The notes under the pieces: generated by a model
Database searches by the model: none
What the model saw: only the letters and a program-made list of their open reading frames with translations
What the model was told of the DNA's origin: nothing
Shown here: one piece after another, positions 18,851 to 27,818 of the stretch
How positions within the stretch are numbered: position 1 is the first letter of the stretch
Layout of the letters: every line of letters starts with the position of its first letter
Translations under genes and position numbers: made by a program
Assembly: GCA_031256725.1 (NCBI GenBank)
Contig: JAIRQE010000003.1
Span: 1 to 32,000, forward strand
DNA length: 32,000 nucleotides
DNA from: Propionibacteriaceae bacterium
Lineage (GTDB): Bacteria; Actinomycetota; Actinomycetes; Propionibacteriales; Propionibacteriaceae
Reading direction: 5' to 3'

Positions 18851-21376
18851 CTAGGAGTTGTGTACAGGTTCCTGCTCAAGTTCATCAGCATCGGAAGCCT
18901 GGATACGCATTTTGTAGAAGGAACGCCAGACGAAGTACGCCGATGCTAGGAAGAAGACACCAGCCAGAATATGTACTGCTGTTGCCCCTGCGGGAGTGTG
19001 ATTGAGTGCAACAGCCAATTCGACTGCAAGAAGACCGAAGAGTGTTGTGAACTTGATTACTGGGTTGAGTGCCACTGAAGAGGTATCCTTGAATGGGTCT
19101 CCCACGGTGTCCCCAACCACAGTGGCGGCATGGAGTTCTGTACCTTTCATGCCCAGATCGGTCTCGACAATCTTCTTAGCATTGTCCCAGGCTCCACCAG
19201 CGTTTGCCATGAAGATTGCCTGGAAGAGGCCCACCACAGCGATGGCGATGAGGTAGCCAATGAAGAAGTAGGGTTCTACGAACGCGAAGGCTAAAGTCGC
19301 GAAGAAGATTGCTAGGAAGATCACCCACATGCCTTTCTGGGCATAATCGGTACAGATCTCTACAACCTCCTTGGAGTCCTTGGTGGAGGCTTTCACGTCA
19401 GCATTCGCATCCAGCTTGATGTGGCCCTTGATGTACTGAACAGCACGATAGGCGCCTGTGGTAACAGCTTGGGTGGAGGCACCTGAGAACCAGAAGATCA
19501 TTGCGCCACCCATGATCAGGCCGAGCAGGAAGGGAGCATGGATGGGGGAGAGCATCGCAGAAACCTGAGTCAGATCTGTGAGTTCAACACCCTGTGTGGA
19601 GGCGAGGTCGCCAGCCAGGAAGAGGATGATCGAGAAGATCATCGTCGTGGCCCCGACCACTGCTGTACCAATTAAAACAGGCTTGGCTGTGGCCTTGAAG
19701 GTATTTCCTGCACCGTCGTTTTCTTCAAGCATGGCCTTGGCTTTATTCCAGGCTGGCTTGAAACCGAAGTCTTTCTCAATCTCCTCAGAGATATTGGGGA
19801 TAGCCTCGATACGGCTGAGTTCGTACACTGACTGAGCGTTATCGGTGACTGGGCCATAAGAGTCCACAGCAATCGTGACTGGTCCCATGCCTAGGAATCC
19901 AAAGGCCACCAGGCCGAAGGCGAAGACGACTGAGGCACCTGGAAGGGTACCCAAGGCCTCATCGAGATGGGCCCAGGTTGCTACAAGATAGGAGACCCCC
20001 ATGAGGGCCACGATGGCGATGCCGAGCCAGTACCCAGCAAAGTTTCCTGCAACGATACCTGAGAGGATGTTGAGTGAGGGCCCACCCTGATCGGAGGATT
20101 TCACGACCTCTTTCACGTGGGCTGAGTGGGTGGAGGTGAAGACTTTCACCAACTCTGGGATGAGCGCACCAGCCAAGGTACCGCAGGAGACGATGATTGA
20201 TAGATGCCACCACAGATTGGGGTCAACGCCCTCACCACGAAGGAGGAAGGCTGAGCACAGGAAGGTCAAGACAATGGAAACAATCGAGGTAACCCACACC
20301 AGCGAGGTCAGGGGACGCTCGAAATCAAAGTCACTATTCCCATAGCGAGCCTTGGCGACTGCTTCGTTCGCAAAATAGGAGACTGCTGAGGCTACAAGCA
20401 TGATGGAACGTACAGCGAAGATCCATACAAGGAGGATGGCCTGAATGGCTGGACTCACTCCACTCACCTGGGCAACCCCAAGCATGATGAAGGTAATCAG
20501 AGCCACACCAGTCACACCATAGGTCTCGAATCCGTCTGCAGAAGGTCCAATGGAGTCTCCAGCATTATCACCTGTACAGTCGGCAATCGTGCCTGGGTTT
20601 CGGGGGTCATCTTCTTCAATCTTGAAGACGATCTTCATCAAATCGGAGCCCACGTCAGCGATCTTGGTGAAGATACCACCAGCGATACGAAGAGCCGAGG
20701 CCCCCAAGGATTCGCCAATAGCGAAGCCGATGAAACACTTTCCAGCCAGATCAACTGGCAGGAAGGTTAGGATGATGAGCATGAGGAGTAGTTCGAGGGA
20801 GATAAGTACCATTCCGACTGACATACCTGCACGAGCGGGCACATCGTGTACTGCCCATTTTTCTCCCTTCAAGGCAGCATGGGAGGTACGGGAGTTCGCG
20901 AAAGTATTGATGCGGATTCCAAACCAAGCAACACCGAAGGACCCAGCCATACCGATCAACGAGAAGAGGATAATCACCCCAATCTGCCAGGCTTCAACAC
21001 CAGTAACCGCAAAGTACACAATGATGACTGCTGCGATGAAACCCCAGAGCATGAGGAGGAACTTGCCCTGCTTGACCAGATAGGCCTTACAGGTTGTGTA
21101 AATGAGTTCGGAGATCTCCTTCATCGATACATGTACGGGAAGGTTTTTCAGCCGTGAATAGGTCCACAAGCCGAAGAGGAGGCCGAGGACGCAGATGATA
21201 AGTCCAACATAGAGTGGCCATACGGCAACATCCCCATTGCGCAGAGCCTCAGGAAGCTGAAGGTTGGATTCCCCACCCCCATGGCTCTCCATTCCGCAGC
21301 CGCTCAATAGGGTCACGAAGAGGGCAAGACCTGCGAATAGTCCAAACCTTCTCGCCTTGTTCCGATATGAAGTCAC
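18851..21376 (-). CDS. hppA: Membrane-bound proton-translocating pyrophosphatase (M-PPase), divergent, predicted K+-independent
   Basis: 841 aa and polytopic. Motifs GGIFTKIADVGSDL, EDDPRNP, DCTGDNAGD, GNTFKATAKP, DNAKK and GDTVGDPFKDT are present. GTG start has SD AAGGAA upstream. The N-terminus carries a signal peptide with lipobox LLSGC. Confidence 0.93.
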   Translation of the reverse strand: MTSYRNKARRFGLFAGLALFVTLLSGCGMESHGGGESNLQLPEALRNGDVAVWPLYVGLIICVLGLLFGLWTYSRLKNLPVHVSMKEISELIYTTCKAYLVKQGKFLLMLWGFIAAVIIVYFAVTGVEAWQIGVIILFSLIGMAGSFGVAWFGIRINTFANSRTSHAALKGEKWAVHDVPARAGMSVGMVLISLELLLMLIILTFLPVDLAGKCFIGFAIGESLGASALRIAGGIFTKIADVGSDLMKIVFKIEEDDPRNPGTIADCTGDNAGDSIGPSADGFETYGVTGVALITFIMLGVAQVSGVSPAIQAILLVWIFAVRSIMLVASAVSYFANEAVAKARYGNSDFDFERPLTSLVWVTSIVSIVLTFLCSAFLLRGEGVDPNLWWHLSIIVSCGTLAGALIPELVKVFTSTHSAHVKEVVKSSDQGGPSLNILSGIVAGNFAGYWLGIAIVALMGVSYLVATWAHLDEALGTLPGASVVFAFGLVAFGFLGMGPVTIAVDSYGPVTDNAQSVYELSRIEAIPNISEEIEKDFGFKPAWNKAKAMLEENDGAGNTFKATAKPVLIGTAVVGATTMIFSIILFLAGDLASTQGVELTDLTQVSAMLSPIHAPFLLGLIMGGAMIFWFSGASTQAVTTGAYRAVQYIKGHIKLDANADVKASTKDSKEVVEICTDYAQKGMWVIFLAIFFATLAFAFVEPYFFIGYLIAIAVVGLFQAIFMANAGGAWDNAKKIVETDLGMKGTELHAATVVGDTVGDPFKDTSSVALNPVIKFTTLFGLLAVELAVALNHTPAGATAVHILAGVFFLASAYFVWRSFYKMRIQASDADELEQEPVHNS

Positions 21377-21449
21377 AGTCGTTCCTTTTGTTGGGTTTCA
21401 TCGGTGAATGCCCGCCACTGAGTTAATGTCCTCTGCGGGCACTCACCAC

Positions 21450-21461
21450 TCTAGCGCTAGA
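21450..21461. promoter_or_regulatory. Perfect 12-bp palindrome TCTAGCGCTAGA in the hppA upstream region (candidate operator)
   Basis: The sequence is self-complementary. On the minus strand it overlaps a TANNNT hexamer (TAGAGT) about 75 nt upstream of the hppA start. Confidence 0.3.
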
Positions 21462-21671
21462 CCACATACCTAGAGGAAAGGTCACATGCGGATACGTGGT
21501 TTTGATGGGGTACAAATGGGACTAGAATGGGTGGGTCACTGGTGCGATGTCAGAATCCGAATCCGTACCCCGGATCTCAGGGATGGCCTCATCTATTAAG
21601 CTTTATCATTCATTAAAGTCCATATTTCAGTCAGAGATGCAGTATCCAAAGAATTACGCAAGAATGGACTT

Positions 21672-22355
21672 GTGAAAATCCAAACCGACACCCCCATCTC
21701 GTCGGCTGCTCAAGATGCGACCACTCGCCATCGAGTGATGAAGTACATCGTGGAGCACGGATGGACCACATCCTCAACTTTGGCCACAGAGTTTGGACTC
21801 ACCACTGCTGCGATTCGTCGACATCTGAGTCATTTGGAGGCAACGGGGATACTCGCCTCGCGTCCACAGTCTGTCGCAATGAGACAGGGAGCCGGGAGAC
21901 CTTCCAAGGAGTACACGGCAACCGCTCAGGGCCGTGAAACCTTTTCCCAGGCCTATGACACCTTTGCCATCTCAGCCATCGAGTCGCTGAGCAAGCTGGG
22001 TGGAGAACAGGCTGTGACCGAGTTCTTTGAGGCTCGCTTTGCTGCAATCGAGGCCCGATTCGCAGAACTTCGTGCACTTGACCCAGGGTTGTCCGAATCT
22101 GAGGCCCTGTCAGTAGCCCTCACTGAGGATGGGTTCATGGTCGGGCTTGCCCCCGTAGGTCAAGGGGAGCAACTGTGCCAACATAATTGTCCCTATCCAG
22201 CAATTGCGACGAGGTTTCCGGAACTATGTTCGGTTGAGACCTCGGTATTCTCGCGATTGCTGCACTCCCATGTCCAACGTTTGGCGACCATCGCCCATGG
22301 GGATGGGGTGTGTACAACCCATATTCCTTACCCAACGAGAAAGGAGAAGCGGTGA
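21672..22355 (+). CDS. sufR: SufR-type winged-HTH transcriptional regulator of the suf operon
   Basis: N-terminal wHTH ([45 protein letters not shown]) and a C-terminal Cys cluster (LCQHNCPYP...ELC...GVC). It is the first gene of the suf operon. GTG is the first canonical start after an in-frame TAA at 21597. Confidence 0.85.
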   Translation: MKIQTDTPISSAAQDATTRHRVMKYIVEHGWTTSSTLATEFGLTTAAIRRHLSHLEATGILASRPQSVAMRQGAGRPSKEYTATAQGRETFSQAYDTFAISAIESLSKLGGEQAVTEFFEARFAAIEARFAELRALDPGLSESEALSVALTEDGFMVGLAPVGQGEQLCQHNCPYPAIATRFPELCSVETSVFSRLLHSHVQRLATIAHGDGVCTTHIPYPTRKEKR

Positions 22356-23797
22356 GCGTCGATGAACCTCAGATTGCTCCAGGAATGGGGGAGACCCAAG
22401 ACGAGCATCTTGCTGCGCTGGGTACCTATCGTTTCGGGTGGCATGACTCTGATGAGGCTGGTCAAAAAGCCCAACGTGGTCTCAATGATTTAGTTGTACG
22501 AGAGATCTCTGAACGCAAGACTGAGCCCCAGTGGATGTTGGATTTCCGTATGAAGGCCCTGGATCTCTTCGATCTTAAGCCGATGCCCACCTGGGGTCCT
22601 GATCTGTCAGACATCGACTTTGACGAGATTAAGTACTATGTCAAGCCCACAGATTCTCAAGTTCAATCCTGGGAGGATCTGCCTGAGGATATTCGTCGTA
22701 CCTATGACCGTTTGGGTATCCCTGATGCGGAGAAGAAGCGTCTCGTAGCTGGGGTTGCTGCCCAATACGAATCTGAGGTGGTTTACCACAAGATCAACGA
22801 GGAACTTGAACGTCAAGGAGTGATCTTCCTTGACACCGATTCTGCTTTGAAAGAACACCCCGAGCTTTTCCAGGAATACTTTGGGACGGTTGTACCTTCG
22901 GGGGATAACAAGTTTGCTGCACTCAACTCGGCAGTGTGGTCTGGGGGGTCTTTCATCTATGTACCCCCTGGAGTCCATGTCACCATCCCGCTTCAGGCGT
23001 ACTTCCGTATCAACACCGAAAACATGGGTCAGTTTGAACGTACCTTGATCATCGTTGATGAGGATGCCTTCGTTCACTATGTCGAGGGGTGTACGGCTCC
23101 GATCTATAAGTCGGATTCTTTGCATGCAGCGGTGGTTGAGATCATTGTGAAGAAGGGTGCTCGCTGTCGGTATACAACCATTCAGAACTGGTCGAATAAC
23201 GTCTACAACCTTGTCACCAAGAGGGCGACCTGTGCTGAGGGTGCCACCATGGAATGGGTGGATGGCAACATTGGATCCAAGACGACCATGAAATATCCCG
23301 CCGTGTGGCTCCTGGGAGAGCATTCCAAGGCTGAGACCCTTTCGATTGCTTTCGCTGGGGCAGGTCAGCATCAGGACACTGGCTCCAAGATGGTACACGC
23401 GGCCCCACATACCTCATCGGCGATCGTCTCCAAGTCTGTTGCTCGTGGTGGTGGTCGGGCTTCCTACCGTGGGTTGGTTTACGTTACTCCTGAGGCACAC
23501 CATTCTGCGTCGTCGGTACGCTGCGATGCGCTGCTCGTGGATTCGATTTCCCGCTCAGACACCTACCCCTATGTGGATATCCGTGAAGATGAGGTGTCGA
23601 TGGCCCATGAGGCGACGGTCTCCAAAGTCAGCGAGGATCAACTCTTCTATCTGATGAGTCGGGGGCTATCCGAAGAGGAATCTATGGCCATGATCGTACG
23701 TGGGTTCGTGGAGCCGATTGCGAGGGAACTGCCTATGGAGTACGCCCTTGAACTCAATAGGTTGATTGAACTCCAGATGGAAGGAGCGGTGGGATGA
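22352..23797 (+). CDS. sufB: Fe-S cluster assembly scaffold protein SufB (no intein)
   Basis: Conserved SufB core ([43 protein letters not shown]). AAAGGAG lies 6 nt before GTG 22352, and that GTG overlaps the sufR stop (GTGA). ORF-track ATG 22310 would overlap sufR by 46 nt. Confidence 0.95.
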   Translation: MSVDEPQIAPGMGETQDEHLAALGTYRFGWHDSDEAGQKAQRGLNDLVVREISERKTEPQWMLDFRMKALDLFDLKPMPTWGPDLSDIDFDEIKYYVKPTDSQVQSWEDLPEDIRRTYDRLGIPDAEKKRLVAGVAAQYESEVVYHKINEELERQGVIFLDTDSALKEHPELFQEYFGTVVPSGDNKFAALNSAVWSGGSFIYVPPGVHVTIPLQAYFRINTENMGQFERTLIIVDEDAFVHYVEGCTAPIYKSDSLHAAVVEIIVKKGARCRYTTIQNWSNNVYNLVTKRATCAEGATMEWVDGNIGSKTTMKYPAVWLLGEHSKAETLSIAFAGAGQHQDTGSKMVHAAPHTSSAIVSKSVARGGGRASYRGLVYVTPEAHHSASSVRCDALLVDSISRSDTYPYVDIREDEVSMAHEATVSKVSEDQLFYLMSRGLSEEESMAMIVRGFVEPIARELPMEYALELNRLIELQMEGAVG

Positions 23798-24915
23798 CCA
23801 CAGAACTACATCCAGTCGGGTCACGTGCTGTGGCTGATCATCCGGTTCCAACCGGAAAAGAAGAAATCTGGCGTTTCACTCCTGTTGAGAAGTTGGCTGA
23901 GTTCTTCGATGAGACTCTCTCGCGCAATGGCTTATGGCACCATGTGGAGGGAATCTCGCAGAACTCTCAAGAGCCAGTGGCGACCATGGGTGAGCTCGAC
24001 CTTGGTCAATCACCACGAGGTCAGGTCTTAGTACCCTTGGATCGAAGTGCAGCGATCGCGGCGACAAAGCATGCAGCCAACCATCTCGTTCTTGAGGGTA
24101 CTCTGACTCAACCAATCAGAATGACTTTGACGGGAGAATCGACGGATCCCACCAGTGATCATCTTGTCATCGAGGCCAAGCCCTATTCATCGGCAACGGT
24201 GCTCATTACCTACACTGGGGTTGCCCATCACATTGGTAATGTTGAGATTCTGGTGGGGGAGGGAGCCAAACTCACAGTGGTGAGCCTCCAGGACTGGGAA
24301 CCAACCTCAATCCATCTCGGTCAGCATGAGGCCCTCGTGGGTAAGGATGCCACCTATCGCCATATTGCGGTCTCTCTCGGTGGTGACATTGTACGAATCC
24401 AGAACAACGCCTCCTATGCCTCAACTGGTGGTGATATTGAACTCCTGGGTGTGTACTTCGCCGATGCAGGCCAACACCTCGAACATCGACTTTTCGTGGA
24501 TCACAATCGCCCCAAAGGTACCTCCCATGTCGACTATCGTGGAGCCCTTCAAGGCCAGGGAGCAACCTCAATCTGGGTCGGTGACGTCCTTATCAGACCA
24601 GAGGCTGAGGGGATCGAGACCTATGAATCCAACAAGAACCTCGTACTCACCGACGGATGTCGGGCAGAGGCCGTACCTAACCTAGAAATCGAAACCGGGG
24701 AAATCCTGGGAGCCGGGCACTCGGCATCCACGGGACGATTCGATGATGAGCAGTTGTTCTACCTCAGAAGTCGGGGAATCTCAGAAGATGAGGCCCGCCG
24801 AATGGTGGTACGTGGATTCTTCGCGGCCATCCTTGCTCGCATCGGTATCCCCGATGTTGAGGAAACTCTGATGGCCCGTATCGATACAGAACTTTCAAGC
24901 GACAAGGAGAAATAA
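23794..24915 (+). CDS. sufD: Fe-S cluster assembly protein SufD
   Basis: 373 aa with a beta-helix SufBD-family C-terminus ([26 protein letters not shown]). ATGA overlap with sufB. Confidence 0.93.
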   Translation: MTTELHPVGSRAVADHPVPTGKEEIWRFTPVEKLAEFFDETLSRNGLWHHVEGISQNSQEPVATMGELDLGQSPRGQVLVPLDRSAAIAATKHAANHLVLEGTLTQPIRMTLTGESTDPTSDHLVIEAKPYSSATVLITYTGVAHHIGNVEILVGEGAKLTVVSLQDWEPTSIHLGQHEALVGKDATYRHIAVSLGGDIVRIQNNASYASTGGDIELLGVYFADAGQHLEHRLFVDHNRPKGTSHVDYRGALQGQGATSIWVGDVLIRPEAEGIETYESNKNLVLTDGCRAEAVPNLEIETGEILGAGHSASTGRFDDEQLFYLRSRGISEDEARRMVVRGFFAAILARIGIPDVEETLMARIDTELSSDKEK

Positions 24916-24916
24916 G

Positions 24917-25684
24917 ATGAGTGATCGCAGACTTGAAATTCGTGACCTCCATGTGAGTGTGGAGACAGAAACGGGCCCCAAGCCCATCTTGAAGGGGGTA
25001 AACCTCGTCGTGAATCCCGGTGAGGTCCATGCCATCATGGGCCCCAATGGTTCCGGGAAGTCGACCCTGGCCTACGCCATCGCTGGGCATCCGAAATACA
25101 CCATCACCTCGGGGTCTGTTCTCCTTGATGGTACAGAACTGGTCGAGTTGAGTGTGGATGAGCGGGCCAAGGCCGGGTTGTTTCTTGCGATGCAATATCC
25201 AGTGGAAGTCCCTGGGATCTCTGTGGCGAACTTCCTGCGTACCGCGAAAACTGCCGTTGACGGGCAGGCGCCACCGCTGCGTACCTGGGTGAAGAAGGTT
25301 AGTGAATCCTTGGCGTCCATGCAGTTGGATGACGAGTTTTCGGCCAGATCCGTGAATGAGGGTTTCTCCGGTGGAGAAAAGAAGCGCAACGAGATTGTAC
25401 AGTTGGATCTGCTAAACCCGAAGTACGCCATCTTGGATGAAACCGACTCGGGCCTCGATATTGATGCGCTGAGGATCGTTTCTGAGGGTGTGAATCGCTA
25501 TAGCGCTCAGGGCGATCGTGGAATTCTGCTCATCACCCATTACACGCGAATCCTGCGCTATATCAAGCCGGATTTCGTACACGTCTTCGTTGACGGTCGC
25601 ATCGTGGAGGAAGGCGATTCAACCCTGGCTGACTCTCTGGAGGAGACCGGCTACGAGAAGTGGGTGACGGAGGCTGGCGCCTAA
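24917..25684 (+). CDS. sufC: Fe-S cluster assembly ATPase SufC
   Basis: Walker A GPNGSGKSTL, ABC-type signature FSGGEKKR, and Walker B ILDETDSGLD. It starts 1 nt after the sufD stop. Confidence 0.97.
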   Translation: MSDRRLEIRDLHVSVETETGPKPILKGVNLVVNPGEVHAIMGPNGSGKSTLAYAIAGHPKYTITSGSVLLDGTELVELSVDERAKAGLFLAMQYPVEVPGISVANFLRTAKTAVDGQAPPLRTWVKKVSESLASMQLDDEFSARSVNEGFSGGEKKRNEIVQLDLLNPKYAILDETDSGLDIDALRIVSEGVNRYSAQGDRGILLITHYTRILRYIKPDFVHVFVDGRIVEEGDSTLADSLEETGYEKWVTEAGA

Positions 25685-26925
25685 TGCTTGATGTGGAGAA
25701 GGTGCGCAGGGACTTCCCAATACTCGCGAGGTCGGTCAACGATCAGCCTTTGGTGTACCTGGATTCAGCTAACACATCCCAGAAACCTTCAAAAGTCGTC
25801 ACAGCTATAAGGGATCACTACCTCAAACACAATGCCAATGTGGCTCGCGCCATGCACACTCTCGGAGCCGAGGCTACGGGGGCCTATGAGGGTGCCCGCT
25901 CGAAGATTGCTGCCTTTGTGGGTGCGAAAACCGAGGAAATCATCTTCACCAAGAATGCCTCGGAGGCCTTGAATTGTGCGGCCTACGCTTTGTCATCTCG
26001 CTTGAGCGAAGGTGACGAGATTGTGATTTCCGTGTCTGAGCACCACTCCAATATTGTCCCCTGGCAGATGGCGTGCGAGCGTACAGGGGCTCGGTTGAGA
26101 TGGTTCGATGTCGATGAGAGCGGCTACCCAGACGTGGATTCTGCCCGCGCGGAATCCCTGATCAACGAACGTACCAAGGTCGTCTCAGTCACCGCAGTCT
26201 CCAATGTCACGGGGGTTCACTTCCCTGTAGCCGAGATAGCTGACTGGGCCCATGAGTATGGCGCTGTCATGGTGGTCGACGGGTCGCAGATGGTGCCACA
26301 TATGGCGGTGGATCTGGGTACTGTGGGTGCAGATCTTTTCGCTTTTACAGGTCACAAGATGCTGGGACCCACAGGGATTGGAGTCCTGTGGGGTCGCTAT
26401 GATCTGTTAGAGTCTCTGCCACCCTTCCTCGGCGGTGGAGAGATGATCGAGATCGTACGCATGACTGGGTCGACCTATGCCTCGCCGCCATATCGCTTCG
26501 AGGCCGGTACCCCACCTATCGCTCAGGCAGTCGGCTTGGGTGCGGCCGTGGATTACCTCACGAAAATCGGCATGGACACGATTGCACATCACGACCAGGA
26601 GATCACCGAGTACGCCTTGGGTATCTTAGGCTTCATTCCTCACCTTAGGATTTTGGGTCCCACAACAGGGGTACGAGGCTCCGCAATCTCTTTCACCCTG
26701 GCTGATATTCATCCCCATGATGTCATGCAGATCCTTGATGCCCATGGTGTGGCAGTACGCGGTGGCCACCATTGCGCACGCCCCCTCCATGAACGTTTCG
26801 GGGTCCAGGCAAGTGTACGAGCCTCCTCCTACCTGTACACCACGAAAGAGGAGATCGACACACTGGCTGCCGCACTGATGGAGGCCCTACAGTTTTTTAG
26901 AGTACCGGGGGTACATCATGCCTGA
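25684..26925 (+). CDS. sufS: Cysteine desulfurase SufS (group II)
   Basis: MLDVEKVRRDFPIL, PLP-lysine motif FTGHKMLGPTGIGVL and catalytic-Cys motif RGGHHCARP. ATG 25684 overlaps the sufC stop (TAATG). Confidence 0.95.
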   Translation: MLDVEKVRRDFPILARSVNDQPLVYLDSANTSQKPSKVVTAIRDHYLKHNANVARAMHTLGAEATGAYEGARSKIAAFVGAKTEEIIFTKNASEALNCAAYALSSRLSEGDEIVISVSEHHSNIVPWQMACERTGARLRWFDVDESGYPDVDSARAESLINERTKVVSVTAVSNVTGVHFPVAEIADWAHEYGAVMVVDGSQMVPHMAVDLGTVGADLFAFTGHKMLGPTGIGVLWGRYDLLESLPPFLGGGEMIEIVRMTGSTYASPPYRFEAGTPPIAQAVGLGAAVDYLTKIGMDTIAHHDQEITEYALGILGFIPHLRILGPTTGVRGSAISFTLADIHPHDVMQILDAHGVAVRGGHHCARPLHERFGVQASVRASSYLYTTKEEIDTLAAALMEALQFFRVPGVHHA

Positions 26926-27367
26926 TCTTTCATCGCTCTATCAGGATATCATCCTGGATCATTACCGTGAGAAACACCATAGTGGGCTCCGCGAGCCGTA
27001 CACAGTGGAGGTCACACATGTGAACCCCTCCTGTGGTGATGAACTGGTGTTGCGGTTGGCAACCAATGGCAGTGATGTTGTGGATGTGAGCTATGAATCG
27101 GTGGGCTGCTCTATCTCTCAGGCTTCCACCTCGGTGATGACAGACCTTGTGATTACCCATGATCTTGCCCATGCCTTAGAACTCCATGATGGATTCAAAC
27201 AGATGATTGAGGGACAGGGCAAGGTTGAATTGGACGAAGAGGTCTATGAAGACGCTATCGCTTTCAGTGGTGTTGCCCAATTCCCGGCCCGAGTCAAATG
27301 TGCAATGCTCGGCTGGTCGGCCCTAAGAGACGCCATACTTCGAGTACAAGGAAATGTAGATGAGTGA
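26918..27367 (+). CDS. sufU: SUF-system zinc-dependent sulfur-transfer protein SufU (NifU/IscU-like)
   Basis: Motifs NPSCGDE, GCSISQAS and KCAMLGW (the Cys-Asp-Cys-Cys ligand set). 8-nt overlap with sufS. Confidence 0.93.
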   Translation: MPDLSSLYQDIILDHYREKHHSGLREPYTVEVTHVNPSCGDELVLRLATNGSDVVDVSYESVGCSISQASTSVMTDLVITHDLAHALELHDGFKQMIEGQGKVELDEEVYEDAIAFSGVAQFPARVKCAMLGWSALRDAILRVQGNVDE

Positions 27368-27818
27368 CGAAGAAATCCAAGAAGATTCACCTAATATGAC
27401 CACTGATCCGCAGGATTCTGGTCCCCAAGATTTCTCTGATCTCTTCCCTGAAGATCCCGATGACTTTACAGATGAGAATCCCTTTGCCGAGGATATTGAG
27501 GAGATCACTTTCGCAACTCGTGAGCAGATCATGGAGATCCTCAAAGACGTAGTAGACCCCGAATTGGGGGTAAACATCGTTGATCTTGGACTGGTCTATG
27601 GAGTGGACATCACCAACGAAGGTCGCGCCACCATAGACATGACTCTCACCTCCCCAACCTGCCCCCTCACTGACCAACTAGAAGCGGATGTGTATTACCT
27701 GTTGAGCACATGTACCCGTTCCGCAGTCATCAACTGGGTGTGGATGCCCCCCTGGACCCTAGACATGATCTCCGATGACGGCCGAGAACAGTTAAGGGCC
27801 ATCGGCTTCAACCTGTAG
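27360..27818 (+). CDS. sufT: DUF59/MIP18-family Fe-S assembly factor (SufT-like) with an acidic N-terminal extension
   Basis: The core DVVDPELGVNIVDLGLVY...LTSPTCPL is typical of DUF59. 8-nt overlap with the sufU stop. It is the last gene of the actinobacterial suf operon. Confidence 0.88.
   Translation: MSDEEIQEDSPNMTTDPQDSGPQDFSDLFPEDPDDFTDENPFAEDIEEITFATREQIMEILKDVVDPELGVNIVDLGLVYGVDITNEGRATIDMTLTSPTCPLTDQLEADVYYLLSTCTRSAVINWVWMPPWTLDMISDDGREQLRAIGFNL

Noticed and set aside
21522-21532. The 11-mer CTAGAATGGGT is repeated at 28205-28215
   Set aside because: About 120 chance 11-mer repeats are expected in 32 kb (N^2/2 divided by 4^11). Both copies are simply -10 regions (TAGAAT), so this is not a repeat element.
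22607-23410. 267-aa ORF antisense to sufB. Similar antisense or out-of-frame ORFs occur at 11530-12069, 13386-13922, 20550-21083 and 28161-28511.
   Set aside because: All are nested in well-supported genes on the opposite strand or in another frame. None has recognisable domains, so they are treated as shadow ORFs.
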